Made by a program: the position numbers and the translations under genes. Shown here one piece after another: positions 27,226 to 38,645 of a stretch of 64,000 nucleotides of DNA; positions within the stretch are counted from its first letter, which is position 1, and every line of letters starts with the position of its first letter. Below the pieces are notes generated by a model that was not told the DNA's origin, did no database searches, and worked only from the letters and a program-made list of their open reading frames with translations. Source of the DNA: an uncultured bacterium (GTDB lineage Bacteria; Krumholzibacteriota; Krumholzibacteriia; Krumholzibacteriales; Krumholzibacteriaceae); assembly GCA_963846325.1 (NCBI GenBank), contig CAWJVO010000009.1:47205-111204 (forward strand). Reading direction: 5' to 3'.

Positions 27226-28314
27226 TCACGGATTGAAATGATACTGCACGACGTCGCCGTCCTGGATGACGTACTCGTGCCCCTCGGTTCTCAGAAAGCC
27301 GTGCGTATGAACCGCGGCCCGCGACCCGAACTGAACGAGGCGCTCGTAGCTCATCACCTCTGCCTTGACGAATCCCCGCTCCATATCGGTGTGAATCCTG
27401 CCGGCCGCCCGCGGAGCGCTCGTGCCCCGGGGGACCGACCACGCCTGGAGCTTGTCGTGCGCGCTCGTGTAGTAGCGCACGAGCCCGAGAAGCTCGTGGC
27501 ATTTCTCGATGAATCTCAGCTTGGCGCGCTCATCGACTCCGAGCTCCTTCACGAACTGGATTCTCTCCTCGTCGGAAAGGGCGTCGAGCTCGTCCTCGAG
27601 CTTCGCCGAGACGACGAAGACGCTCTTCTCGCCGAATTTCTCGATCACCCGCGCGCACTCGGCGCCGCGTCCGGCAGGATCGTCGTATCCCGTATTGAGA
27701 ACGACGAGCCTCGGTTTCGACGTGAGGAGCTGGAGCTCGTCGTAGAGCGCCCTCATCGGCGCCGGCACCCCGCCCGGCCCGAACCGCTCCCCGCGCCGAA
27801 GAACGGCATGAACCGTTTCGAGGAAATCGAGATCCTTGCGTTCGTCCTTCTTCATCGCCTTCGCGCGCGTGCGCTCCTTTTCGAGCCACCGTTCGACCCG
27901 TTCGACGTCGGCGAGCATGAGCTCCGTCTCGACGATCTCGATGTCGAGAAGGGGATCGACGGTGCCGTACATGTGGCTCACTTCTTCGTCCCGGAAGCAC
28001 CTGAGCACGTGGGCGAGGACGCTCGCCTCGCGTACATGGTGGAGGAATTTGTTTCCGAGCCCCTCCCCCCGATGCGCGCCCTTCACGAGCCCCGCGATAT
28101 CTATGAAGGTGACGGTTGCCGGGATGATCTCCTTCGGCTTGAGCAGCACGGCGAGCTTCCCGAGCCTCTCGTCGGGCACGGGGACGGTGCCTTTGTTCGC
28201 GTCGATCGTGCAGAACGGGTAATTCGACGCTTCGGCCCCCGCGTGGCAGATCGCGTTCATGAGCGTCGATTTGCCCACGTTCGGAAGACCGATTATTCCT
28301 ACCGAAATACCCAT
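27226..28314 (-). CDS. ychF: Ribosome-binding ATPase YchF
   Basis: The protein starts GIIGLPNVGKSTLMNA and has the C-terminal TGS-like segment GFVKAEV. Confidence 0.95.
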   Translation of the reverse strand: MGISVGIIGLPNVGKSTLMNAICHAGAEASNYPFCTIDANKGTVPVPDERLGKLAVLLKPKEIIPATVTFIDIAGLVKGAHRGEGLGNKFLHHVREASVLAHVLRCFRDEEVSHMYGTVDPLLDIEIVETELMLADVERVERWLEKERTRAKAMKKDERKDLDFLETVHAVLRRGERFGPGGVPAPMRALYDELQLLTSKPRLVVLNTGYDDPAGRGAECARVIEKFGEKSVFVVSAKLEDELDALSDEERIQFVKELGVDERAKLRFIEKCHELLGLVRYYTSAHDKLQAWSVPRGTSAPRAAGRIHTDMERGFVKAEVMSYERLVQFGSRAAVHTHGFLRTEGHEYVIQDGDVVQYHFNP

Positions 28315-28391
28315 ACGAGGCTCGGAAACGCGGTGAAAGTCGATGATCAGGGAACGTCCGGAGAAATTCTAGGGCAAAGGGGATCGCAAGT

Positions 28392-28433
28392 CAAAAGACA
28401 AAAAGATTTCCGGCCGCCGGCGGCCGGAAATCT
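28392..28433 (-). terminator. Rho-independent terminator after the YHS gene
   Basis: There is a perfect GC-rich palindrome, AGATTTCCGGCCGCC/GGCGGCCGGAAATCT. On the minus strand it is followed by TTTTTGTCTTTTG. Confidence 0.75.
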
Positions 28434-28496
28434 TCACATAATTCGCTGCGACCGATACGTCCCGCCATGAAGCGCGGGGCGGCATCGCGACTCGAC

Positions 28497-29273
28497 CTAC
28501 TTTTTGCCGCAGGTCTTGGCCTTCGGGCAGGTGCCCTCTTCGGCCGCCGCACAGCCCGCTTCCTTCTTGGCTCCCGCATCCGCTTTCTTCATCTTCCCGT
28601 CCTTCTCGCCGCAGCCTTTCGCCCCGGCCGGCGCCGGACCCATATACTTCTTCGGATCCTTGTTGAACTTCTCGAGGCAGTCGTTGCAGCAGAAATACCG
28701 CGTCTTGCCTTCGTACACAACCTTGGCCGGCGCGTCCTTGCGCAGGAACACCTTTCCGGTCACGGGGCACTCGGCGTAGAGATACGCGTCGGGATTCTTC
28801 TCGAACGCGATCTTGTTCGCCTCGCTCACGAAAAAGAAAGGCCGTCCCTCGAATACGGCCGTGTGCTTCATTTCCTTCTGGGGCTTCACTTCGTTCGAAA
28901 CCACGTCGTAGTTGATCGCGTACTCCGCCGGATTGGCGAAATACTTTTCCTTGCAGACGTTCGCGCAAAAATGCAGCTGGCGTCCCTCATGAACGGCCTC
29001 GATCGAGCCCGCCTTCTTGACCGTCATGCCGCAGACCGGATCCATATCCATCCCCGCCGACATAGCAGCGGGATCCATGAGAAAATACGCTTTGCATCCC
29101 GCGTCGCAGAAGTAGTATGTCGTTCCCTCGTGCTCGGCCATGAGCGCCTCGGCCTTCGGAACCAGATAGCCGCACACGGTGCAGGGAACCATATCCTTCT
29201 TCTCCGCCGAAATTGCAGCCCCAGCGGCGACAAGCATCGCGGCGAGAACCATGAGCATGAAAAATCTCTTCAC
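28497..29273 (-). CDS. Secreted protein with four YHS/TRASH-like metal-binding modules and a Cys/Lys-rich tail
   Basis: A GTG start lies 6 nt after AAGGAGG, and a signal peptide is present. Four repeats follow of C.(V/M)(C/T)G..V.......(H/Y)EG....FC...C...F. The tail is GCGEKDGKMKK...GCAAAEEGTCPKAKTCGKK. Confidence 0.75.
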   Translation of the reverse strand: MKRFFMLMVLAAMLVAAGAAISAEKKDMVPCTVCGYLVPKAEALMAEHEGTTYYFCDAGCKAYFLMDPAAMSAGMDMDPVCGMTVKKAGSIEAVHEGRQLHFCANVCKEKYFANPAEYAINYDVVSNEVKPQKEMKHTAVFEGRPFFFVSEANKIAFEKNPDAYLYAECPVTGKVFLRKDAPAKVVYEGKTRYFCCNDCLEKFNKDPKKYMGPAPAGAKGCGEKDGKMKKADAGAKKEAGCAAAEEGTCPKAKTCGKK

Positions 29274-29310
29274 AGCTGACCTCCTTATCGCTTGAACCCT
29301 AATAATTATT

Positions 29311-29366
29311 ACCTAAAATTAAATATAATAGCGAAGCCTCTGCAAGACCTTTCGCAGAGGCTTCGC
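29311..29366 (-). terminator. Rho-independent terminator after hppA
   Basis: A 13-bp perfect stem, GCGAAGCCTCTGC/GCAGAGGCTTCGC, encloses a 10-nt loop. A U-rich tail (TATTATATTTAATTTT) follows on the minus strand. Confidence 0.75.
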
Positions 29367-29392
29367 CTTGTTCCCCGAAGTGAGCTTCCATC

Positions 29393-31369
29393 CTATCGGA
29401 TGAAGAGCGGCGCAAAAACGAGCGCGACGACCGACATGAGCTTGATCAGGATGTTCATGCTCGGCCCGCAGGTATCCTTGAACGGATCGCCCACCGTGTC
29501 GCCGACGACCGCGGCGGCGTGCGTCGGCGTTCCCTTGCCTCCGAGATTCCCCGCCTCGATCCATTTCTTGCTGTTGTCCCAGGTGCCCCCCGCGTTCGCC
29601 ATGAAGATGCCGAAGAGCACTCCCGTCGCCGTCGCGCCGGCGAGGAACCCGCCGAGCGCCGCGGGCCCGAGGGTGAAACCGACGACGAGCGGCAGGGCGA
29701 CCGCCAGCGTGCCCGGGATGATCATCTCGCGGAGCGCGTTCTTGGTCACGATATCGACGCATTTCCCCGTATCCGGCTCCGCCGTTCCTTCCATGATCCC
29801 CTTGATCTCGCGGAACTGCCTGCGTATCTCCATGACCATCTTGTTGGCCGCTTTGCCGACCGCCTTCATCGTGAGCGAGGCGATCACGAGCGGCACCGCC
29901 GCGCCGAGAAAGAGCCCGATGACGACCGTCGCCGACGAAAGGCTGATATTATCGAGATGCGCCGTGTTTTGATACGCGCTGAAGAGCCCGAGCGCCGTGA
30001 GCGCCGCCGAACCGATCGCGAAGCCCTTGCCGATCGCCGCGGTCGTGTTGCCGAGGGAATCGAGCCGGTCCGTGATCTTGCGTACCTCCGGACCCGCGTG
30101 CGACATCTCCGCGATGCCGCCGGCGTTGTCCGCGATCGGGCCGTAGGAATCGGTCGACATGACGATTCCGATGGTCGCGAGCATGCCGACCGCCGAGAGC
30201 GCGATCCCGTAGAGCCCGCTCGTATGGAACGCGATGAAGATCGCGGCGCACAGGGTCAATACCGGAAGGATGACGCTTTCGAATCCGACGGCGAGCCCCG
30301 TGATAATGGTCGTCGCCGGTCCCGTCGTGCTTGCGTTCGCGACCGCCTGGACGGGCGATCCGGACGTATAGAACTCGCTTTCGAGCCCGATGAGGATCCC
30401 CGCGAGGATGCCGGCGAGCACCGCGTAGAACGGATTCAGCGCGCCGACGATCGCTTTCGTCGCGAAGAACGCGCCGACGATGAAAATGAATCCCGCGACA
30501 TAGGTCGCGTAGCGAAGCGCCGAAGCCGGACTCAGCCGTTTGAGGAATCCGATCGACGCGATGCCGAGAAGCGAGGCGACGAGACCGATCCCGATCAGGA
30601 CGAGCGGCAGCGACATGTAACGCAGCGGCTCGATCATGACGGCGCCGATCGCCATCGTCGCGACGACGCTTCCCACGTAGCTCTCGAAGAGATCCGCTCC
30701 CATGCCGGCCGTATCCCCCACGTTGTCCCCCACGTTGTCGGCGATGACGCCGGGATTCCGCGGATCGTCCTCGGGGATTCCCGCCTCGACCTTGCCGACG
30801 AGATCGGCCCCCACGTCCGCGCTCTTCGTGTAGATACCGCCGCCGACGCGCGCGAAGAGCGCGATCGAACTCGCCCCCATCGCGAAGCCGTTGATGATGA
30901 GAGGATTCTGGGTGAACATATAGAAAAAGCCGAGACCGACGAGACCGAGCGCCGCGACGCTGATTCCCATGACCGATCCGCCCATGAACGCGACCGCGAG
31001 GGCGTTCGACACTCCGCCGTCCATCGCCGCCTGTGTCGTCCGCGCGTTGCTCCGCGTCGACGCCTGCATCCCGAGGAGACCCGCCGTCATCGAGCAGAGA
31101 GCCCCGCTGAGGAACGCGACGGCGGTCCACACGCTGAGCGTGAACGAAAGAACGGCGAACACGACCACGATGAATACGGCGATGATCTGGTATTCCCGCC
31201 GTATGAACACGAACGCGCCGTCGTGGATCTTGTCGCAGAGCTTCCTCATCAGCTCGTTCCCGGCCGGCTTTCTCATGATATTGAAATAGGTGGTCACCGC
31301 GATGACCATGCCGGCGAGCCCGAGCCAGGGAACCCATCCGGTCAACGTCCTCAACGCATCTGCGTTCAT
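29393..31369 (-). CDS. hppA: Membrane-bound H+/Na+-translocating pyrophosphatase
   Basis: The 658-aa polytopic protein has [28 protein letters not shown] and [11 protein letters not shown]. Confidence 0.95.
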   Translation of the reverse strand: MNADALRTLTGWVPWLGLAGMVIAVTTYFNIMRKPAGNELMRKLCDKIHDGAFVFIRREYQIIAVFIVVVFAVLSFTLSVWTAVAFLSGALCSMTAGLLGMQASTRSNARTTQAAMDGGVSNALAVAFMGGSVMGISVAALGLVGLGFFYMFTQNPLIINGFAMGASSIALFARVGGGIYTKSADVGADLVGKVEAGIPEDDPRNPGVIADNVGDNVGDTAGMGADLFESYVGSVVATMAIGAVMIEPLRYMSLPLVLIGIGLVASLLGIASIGFLKRLSPASALRYATYVAGFIFIVGAFFATKAIVGALNPFYAVLAGILAGILIGLESEFYTSGSPVQAVANASTTGPATTIITGLAVGFESVILPVLTLCAAIFIAFHTSGLYGIALSAVGMLATIGIVMSTDSYGPIADNAGGIAEMSHAGPEVRKITDRLDSLGNTTAAIGKGFAIGSAALTALGLFSAYQNTAHLDNISLSSATVVIGLFLGAAVPLVIASLTMKAVGKAANKMVMEIRRQFREIKGIMEGTAEPDTGKCVDIVTKNALREMIIPGTLAVALPLVVGFTLGPAALGGFLAGATATGVLFGIFMANAGGTWDNSKKWIEAGNLGGKGTPTHAAAVVGDTVGDPFKDTCGPSMNILIKLMSVVALVFAPLFIR

Positions 31370-31391
31370 CCTGCCCTCCTTACAGCTGATT

Positions 31392-32591
<1,200 letters not shown>

Positions 32592-32601
32592 TGGCGTCCT
32601 T

Positions 32602-33582
32602 TCATACGAGCAAGCCCTGCTCGTGCCTCGCCCCGAGCACCCGGATCATATCCGCAGTCATCGCCGCGAGATCGAAGTCGGGCGTCCAGTCCCATTCCTC
32701 CCGCGCGGCGCCGTCGTCCATGTAGTTCGGCCACGAATCGGCGATCCGCTGCCTCATGGGATCGACCCGGTAATCCATCGTGAAATCCTTGATATGTTTT
32801 CGTATCTCCGCGCAGAGCATCTCGGGAGTGAAATGCATCGCGGTGACGTTGAACGAATTCCGGTGCTTCAGCCGCGTCGCGTCGGACTCCATGACGCCTA
32901 TCGCGGCCTTGATCGCGTCGGGCATGTACATCATGTCGAGCGACGTGCCCTCTTTGAGAAAGCAGGTATACGTGCGCGTCTTGATCGCCGAATAGAAGAT
33001 CTCCACCGCGTAATCGGTCGTTCCGCCTCCGGGAAGCGTTCCGTTCGATATGATGCCGGGGAAGCGCACGCCGCGCGTATCGACGCCGAATCGCTTGAAG
33101 TAGTAATCGCAGAGGAGCTCTCCCGCCACCTTCGTGACGCCGTACATCGACTCGGGCCTCTGGATCGTGTCCTGCGGCGTCCCGTCGTGCGGCGTCGACG
33201 GCCCGAAGGCGCCGATCGAGCTCGGGAAGAAGAGGCTGCACTTGAGCGCCCGCGCGACGTCGAGCACGTTGAGAAGGCCCATCATGTTGATGTCCCATCC
33301 CTCGCGCGGCTTTCTCTCCGCGACCGCCGAGAGCAGCGCGGCGAGATGGTAGATCGTGTTGACCCGGTACTTCTCGACGACCGCTTCGACCATCTCGATC
33401 TTCAGCACGTCGAGGAGGGCGAACGGCACGTCGCCGGAAAGCTTCTTCTTCGTGTCGGGCTGAATATCGGTCGCGATCACGTTATCGGCGCCGTAGCGAT
33501 CCCGAAGCCCGAGCGTCAGCTCCGAACCGATCTGTCCGAGGGCTCCCGTGACGAGGACTCTTCGTGCCGTGTGTGTGCCCAT
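32602..33582 (-). CDS. tdh: SDR-type L-threonine 3-dehydrogenase
   Basis: [32 protein letters not shown] resembles the epimerase-fold TDH family, and the gene is coupled to kbl. The ATG at 33582 was chosen to avoid overlapping the upstream stop. Confidence 0.8.
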   Translation of the reverse strand: MGTHTARRVLVTGALGQIGSELTLGLRDRYGADNVIATDIQPDTKKKLSGDVPFALLDVLKIEMVEAVVEKYRVNTIYHLAALLSAVAERKPREGWDINMMGLLNVLDVARALKCSLFFPSSIGAFGPSTPHDGTPQDTIQRPESMYGVTKVAGELLCDYYFKRFGVDTRGVRFPGIISNGTLPGGGTTDYAVEIFYSAIKTRTYTCFLKEGTSLDMMYMPDAIKAAIGVMESDATRLKHRNSFNVTAMHFTPEMLCAEIRKHIKDFTMDYRVDPMRQRIADSWPNYMDDGAAREEWDWTPDFDLAAMTADMIRVLGARHEQGLLV

Positions 33583-33586
33583 ACCG

Positions 33587-35692
33587 TTACTTCGCACCCC
33601 CTGCCTTGACGACGGTGAGAGCCTTCTCGGCCGCGGCGAGGAGCGCCTCCGCCCCGACCCGTGAACCTGTCGCGTTCTTCATCCAGAGGTCCGGCGCGAC
33701 GCTCCCGTACGTCGCCATGCGCTCGAACTCGGGTCCGATACTGCCGGCTTCTTCCATTCGCGCCTCGATCTGATTGGCGATGAGATGCCCGATCGGGTAA
33801 TCGGGCAGATAGAGAGACGAATCGATCATATGCGAATATATGCCGAGCAGAATGACGTCTTTTGTCTTGAATACCGGCGCGAAGTACCTGTTCCACATGT
33901 CGACCGATATGCCGATCACGGCGTTCTTGAGCTCGGCCGGGGTCGCCTCAGGATGCTCGTACATCCAGCGCCAGACTTCCATGTCGACGAGCGAGACGGC
34001 CGAAATCTCGAAGGCGCCCCAGAAGTCGTTCAACGTCTTGAGCGCCGCCGCTCTCTCGTCACGCTTCACGTCGAGACCGAGAATCTCGAGATCGCGGGCC
34101 TGGAAGACGAACGCGAATCCTTCCGTGAACGCGGTGTTCGGCACGCCCTGGAGCAGAGCGTAATCGACGTCGTTGAGGGAAAGAACCTGTTCGACGTTAT
34201 GGCCGAGCTCGTGAACGGCGATATTGAAGCCCTTATAATCCATTCCGTTCTTCCCGAGGCGGGTCCGCAGGTGCGCCGTGGCGCCCCGCATGCCTCCGCC
34301 CGACGCGTGGCCCGATCCCCGCGCGGGATCGACCGCGACGTATTTCGCGAGGTACGCTGCGCGCTCGCTCGAAAAGCCGAGCTTCATGAGAATATTCGGG
34401 ATGTCTTTCTCGAACGCCGCAGGGGTCGGATATTTCTCCGATACGATCTTGTCGAGATGCTCCTGGGAGTGCGGGGACTGCGCCCTGAATCCGTTGTACC
34501 AGATGTCGTACGGCTCGAGCGTGCGTCCGAGGCGCTGTTCGATCAGCTTCGCCACCTTCGGCACGAGCGGCGACGAGACGACCTGGACGAGCATCTCCTT
34601 CACCCGCGCTTCGGGAATCTCGCGATTCTCGTCGAAGCGCCGCGCGATGAGGGTCGGGGCCGTCGGCGAATAGGGATCCACGAGCTTCGCCGCCTTGAAC
34701 GTGCTGAGCAGAATGGCGTACCGCGTATCCGGCTCGGGGCTGTTCGCGACGCTCGCTGGAACAGAGGCGTGGTCGAAATCCTTCACCGCCGCGGGCTTCA
34801 CCTCGTTCGTGAACGGGTTCCAGTCGACGCCCGGATTGTCGACGACCGCCGCGGGAATCGTCTGCGTGACGATGCGTTCCATCACCTGACGTATCATGCG
34901 CTGCTTGGCGGGACCGTTCTTCGTGTCCCGATAATCCGCCTTGAGCTCGTCGCGAAGGTTCCAATGGGAAAGGAGCTTCATTCCCGCGGGGAAGAGCCGG
35001 TTTCCCTTCGCGTCGACGAGGTGATGCATCCAGATGTTGTAGCCGGAGATGTAGCGGTCCGCCGCGGAATTGAGCTTCGCGACCTCGAGATTGACCTCCG
35101 CCGGAATGCGCTTCGAGAAGCGCTGGGCGAGACGGGCTTCGGCCCACTGCCGCCGCGACCACGTCGCGCCGTCCGTAAGGCGCTGATCGAGCGTCGTGAG
35201 CGGATAGTTGAGCAGAACGACGAAGGCGATCTTGTTCTGGAAGAAATCGTCGCCGACGTGAGCCGAGGGATCGTATCCGGCGAATATCTCGTCGACGGGG
35301 AGAACCGGTCCGATGTCGAGATCCGTCTGCCACCTGAACGCGAGCCCGATCTCGGTCATATGCCCGTTGAGCTTGTCGAGAAGCCCCTCGAATCGATTGA
35401 ACATCTCGTCGCGAGTCTTCTCGTCCCCGGCGAAATTCTGAAGCACGAAATCCTCAAAAACGGCCGAATCGCCGTCCTCGGCGCGCCAGAACCGCGCGAC
35501 CTGCTCCAGGCCGCGGCGGGCGTCCGCGCGCGCGGATTCGCCGTGCTTCGCGACGAGCTCGGTCTCGAGCTTCGCGATCGAGCCATTCATCCAACCGGGC
35601 GCCGCAACCTGCGCGTGTGCTCTATTCATGCCGCAGAGAATAACGGCAAGAGCGACGAGAGTGCAAACTGCTTTTTCCAGTGATACGTTCAT
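33587..35692 (-). CDS. Secreted gluzincin metallopeptidase
   Basis: The ATG at 35692 gives a signal peptide (MNVSLEKAVCTLVALAVILCGMNRAHA). The zinc site is HELGHNVEQ, with a Glu 24-25 residues downstream in (A)FTEGFA. Confidence 0.7.
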   Translation of the reverse strand: MNVSLEKAVCTLVALAVILCGMNRAHAQVAAPGWMNGSIAKLETELVAKHGESARADARRGLEQVARFWRAEDGDSAVFEDFVLQNFAGDEKTRDEMFNRFEGLLDKLNGHMTEIGLAFRWQTDLDIGPVLPVDEIFAGYDPSAHVGDDFFQNKIAFVVLLNYPLTTLDQRLTDGATWSRRQWAEARLAQRFSKRIPAEVNLEVAKLNSAADRYISGYNIWMHHLVDAKGNRLFPAGMKLLSHWNLRDELKADYRDTKNGPAKQRMIRQVMERIVTQTIPAAVVDNPGVDWNPFTNEVKPAAVKDFDHASVPASVANSPEPDTRYAILLSTFKAAKLVDPYSPTAPTLIARRFDENREIPEARVKEMLVQVVSSPLVPKVAKLIEQRLGRTLEPYDIWYNGFRAQSPHSQEHLDKIVSEKYPTPAAFEKDIPNILMKLGFSSERAAYLAKYVAVDPARGSGHASGGGMRGATAHLRTRLGKNGMDYKGFNIAVHELGHNVEQVLSLNDVDYALLQGVPNTAFTEGFAFVFQARDLEILGLDVKRDERAAALKTLNDFWGAFEISAVSLVDMEVWRWMYEHPEATPAELKNAVIGISVDMWNRYFAPVFKTKDVILLGIYSHMIDSSLYLPDYPIGHLIANQIEARMEEAGSIGPEFERMATYGSVAPDLWMKNATGSRVGAEALLAAAEKALTVVKAGGAK

Positions 35693-35907
35693 CGAACGCT
35701 CCTCGTGCATTGAAGCCACGGACACGTGACCGGAGATATCTCGAAGCTTCGCACGAAACATGCTCCGGCACGGATTCGTTTACGAGTATTCCGGCGCCTC
35801 CGACAGGGCACCATACCGAATATTCCTGTTATGAATACAAGAGTTGGCCGCTTGAGTCAATCCGAAAACGAATCTTTATTCCGGGGATTCATCGGACGGT
35901 GCCCTGC

Positions 35908-37119
35908 TCACAAGTACACGACGTCGTCCGGGTAGTAGAGAGAGAGAAACGCGAGCATATAATCCCGCAGGTGGCGCGTAAGCAGGAAATTGTTGCGCAC
36001 ATGCTCCCTGCCGTTCTCCCCCAGTTTGCGGGCATACTCGGGGCTGCTCAGAAGCTGTTTGATCGCGAACGCGGCTCCCTCCACGGAATGGCAGAGAAGA
36101 CCCGAGTACTTGTGCGCGATCTGCAGGGGAATTCCCCCCACGTTCGACGCGACCACGGGTTTCGCTTTCCAGAGAGCTTCGGAAACGGTGAGGCCGAAGC
36201 CTTCTTTGATCGATTTCTGCACGATTACGGTCGAGGCGCGCTGCAGCGCGTTGACATCGATATCGTTCTGCGGCATCAGCAGAATATGTATATCGGGGTC
36301 CTGTCGAGCACTCTCCCTCACCTTCTCGAGCACCTGCATACCTTCGGGATCGTCCGCGGCCGTGCCCCCCGCGAGGATGAGCTGGCAATCGAAATACCTC
36401 TTCACCTGAACGAACGCCTCTATAACGCCGACAGGATCCTTGAGGCGATCGAAACGGGAAACCTGCGTCACGATGGGTTTGTCCCGCGAGATGCCGTACT
36501 TCCGGAGGACATCGGCTATCGTCTCCTCGGGCAGCTCCTTGTTCTTGTCGCTGAGGGGATCGATCGAAGGCGCGATCAAAAACTGCTTGATGGGAAGCCG
36601 CTGCGAGAAAGAAGGCGCCGAGAAGACCGCCGAATCGTATCGCACGACATACTCGCGCAGGAATTTCCACACCCTCCGGTCGGGATTCGAAATATCGATA
36701 TGACAGCGCCAGATCCACTTGTTCCCGCTCTTTCGCTCGACGAGGGCGATAGGCTGGGGATCGTGAACGAATACGATGTCGCCGGAGATGGAAACGTCGC
36801 GGATGTTCTGCTCGCTCGTCTCGCGGAACGTTTCGAAGTCGCGTTTCGTTATCTCCTCGTGCTGCCCGTGGATCGCGTTGTGAAACTTCTTCGTGACGCC
36901 GAAGAACTGCTCGCCCCCTTTGATCAGATCCCAGCGCGTATCGACGCCGAGATCGTTCAGGAGCGGAACCATACGGTTCAGGATCTCCGCCACCCCACCT
37001 CCGACCGCCGTCGAGTTGATGTGCTGGACGACCTTTCCCCTGAGCCTCTCCGAGAGAAGCCGCAGGTCGTCGATGACCGCCTGTCCCACGACCGGCGCGT
37101 ATTCATCGATCCGAGCCAT
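35908..37119 (-). CDS. treT: Trehalose glycosyltransferring synthase (TreT-like GT4)
   Basis: HINSTAVGGGVAEIL, WRCHIDISNP, APSIDPLSDKN, TQVSRFDRLKDP and REGFGLTVSEALWK match my memory of archaeal TreT closely. Confidence 0.8.
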   Translation of the reverse strand: MARIDEYAPVVGQAVIDDLRLLSERLRGKVVQHINSTAVGGGVAEILNRMVPLLNDLGVDTRWDLIKGGEQFFGVTKKFHNAIHGQHEEITKRDFETFRETSEQNIRDVSISGDIVFVHDPQPIALVERKSGNKWIWRCHIDISNPDRRVWKFLREYVVRYDSAVFSAPSFSQRLPIKQFLIAPSIDPLSDKNKELPEETIADVLRKYGISRDKPIVTQVSRFDRLKDPVGVIEAFVQVKRYFDCQLILAGGTAADDPEGMQVLEKVRESARQDPDIHILLMPQNDIDVNALQRASTVIVQKSIKEGFGLTVSEALWKAKPVVASNVGGIPLQIAHKYSGLLCHSVEGAAFAIKQLLSSPEYARKLGENGREHVRNNFLLTRHLRDYMLAFLSLYYPDDVVYL

Positions 37120-37792
37120 TATCCTGCCCGATCCTCCTTTCGATCAGATGAATGAGCGTCCTGCGAAGGTTGTCGAGCGTGCGCGTGTATGGATCGAGAC
37201 GGGCGATTTCCCCTGCCAGAGCCTTCTCTCCCAATGAGCTCTCGATCCAGAAGGAAAAATCGTTTGTGCCGCGCTCGAGCCGCAACCTCGCCTCGAAAAC
37301 GTGAAAATAGATCGAGTCTATGGTGATCTTCTTCAGGATTTCCGCGAACTCCCGCAAGTCCGACGCAACATATTTCGTTGGTAGAATAAAACTCACCGAT
37401 TTCTTAAAATAGAATTCCTCTCCTCCTCGGGCGAATGACTTTCGCACCTGAGAATCGCGCCTGAGATGATCCTCGATCGTGGCGACGATCTTCGCCCGCA
37501 GGGCGCGAATGGTCGGATACTGCACCGTATCGATGCTCGCGAGCCGCTCCCCGAGCTCGTCCTCTCCGAGAGAACTGGCAACCCAATGCGCGAAATCGTT
37601 CGGCGGCTCGGGCGAGAGATACTGGTGCTGCTGAAGGAAACGATGCGTATGGTGATAGATGCTGGAGCCGGGGACCGTCTTGATGAGATCGAGCAACTCT
37701 CCGACCGTCGACGCCGAAAGCCCCGTCAGTTCGGTCAGGTTCATCCTCGTATAGAATCGAAACGGGTTCGCCGCCCGCATCAACGCGCCCAT
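37103..37792 (-). CDS. Conserved hypothetical protein with internal duplication
   Basis: The 229-aa protein contains two copies of a module: NDFAHWVASSLGEDELGERLASIDTV...IRALRAKIVATIEDHL and NDFSFWIESSLGEKALAGEIARLDPY...LDNLRRTLIHLIERRI. Confidence 0.6.
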   Translation of the reverse strand: MGALMRAANPFRFYTRMNLTELTGLSASTVGELLDLIKTVPGSSIYHHTHRFLQQHQYLSPEPPNDFAHWVASSLGEDELGERLASIDTVQYPTIRALRAKIVATIEDHLRRDSQVRKSFARGGEEFYFKKSVSFILPTKYVASDLREFAEILKKITIDSIYFHVFEARLRLERGTNDFSFWIESSLGEKALAGEIARLDPYTRTLDNLRRTLIHLIERRIGQDNGSDR

Positions 37793-37795
37793 CCT

Positions 37796-38599
37796 CTATG
37801 TTGTCCTTCCGCATCGCCCGACGATGAAACGCAGAAACATCAGCACCTCGCCGGGGTCTTTGAGATAATATTCCGCATGTGAGATCCTCGGCGCTCCGAC
37901 GAGAATCCCCCATCCCCTCCCCCTCATCGCCTTGAACGCATCCTCGTCCGTTGAATCGTCGCCGAGATAGATCGCGAAGATGCTCTTCCCGCCTGCGCTC
38001 GCCGCCTCCAACTCGAGGAGCGACGACACGATCGTTCCCTTGTCGCCGCCGATCGGAGGTCTGATCTCGATGACCATCGCGCCGGAGCCCAGTTTGATTT
38101 CCTCCTCGACACCCATCGCCCCGATCGTTTCATGAACGACCGCCTTCACCCGCGACCGATCCTCCTCCTCGACGGTGCGATAGTGGACGGCGAGCGAATA
38201 CCCCTTGTCCTCGACGATCGCTCCTCGAAACGGGGCCAGTTTCGCTTTCAACTCCTCCTTCAGCATTTCCAGCATCGGTCGGGACTGCGCCATGGAGACG
38301 CTCCGCGGCTCTTCATTCGGGCGAACCACTTCGACGCCATGGTTGCCGACGTACGTGACACCAGAAATCCCGACCTTTGCGCGGACGTCGCCGAGCGCTC
38401 TGCCGCTGATGATCCCGATCGAGCACATGGAGCTCTCGGCAAGTCGCACGAGCTCGCGTCGCGTCTCGTCGGGAAGCACCGCCTCGTCCGGAGTCGGCGC
38501 GATCGGGGCCAAAGTGCCGTCAAAATCAAGCATCAGGAGAATATGCTTTCGCCTCAGGTTCTCCTCGAACTCGTTCATATGATCAAAGAGATATCTCAA
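37796..38599 (-). CDS. otsB: Trehalose-6-phosphate phosphatase (HAD)
   Basis: The HAD motifs are LMLDFDGTLAP, IISGR and YLGDDSTDEDAF. Confidence 0.85.
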   Translation of the reverse strand: MRYLFDHMNEFEENLRRKHILLMLDFDGTLAPIAPTPDEAVLPDETRRELVRLAESSMCSIGIISGRALGDVRAKVGISGVTYVGNHGVEVVRPNEEPRSVSMAQSRPMLEMLKEELKAKLAPFRGAIVEDKGYSLAVHYRTVEEEDRSRVKAVVHETIGAMGVEEEIKLGSGAMVIEIRPPIGGDKGTIVSSLLELEAASAGGKSIFAIYLGDDSTDEDAFKAMRGRGWGILVGAPRISHAEYYLKDPGEVLMFLRFIVGRCGRTT

Positions 38600-38645
38600 G
38601 AGCCCGGTCCTTTCAGCAGTTCAGGCACTGCAGGCCGCCGACCGC

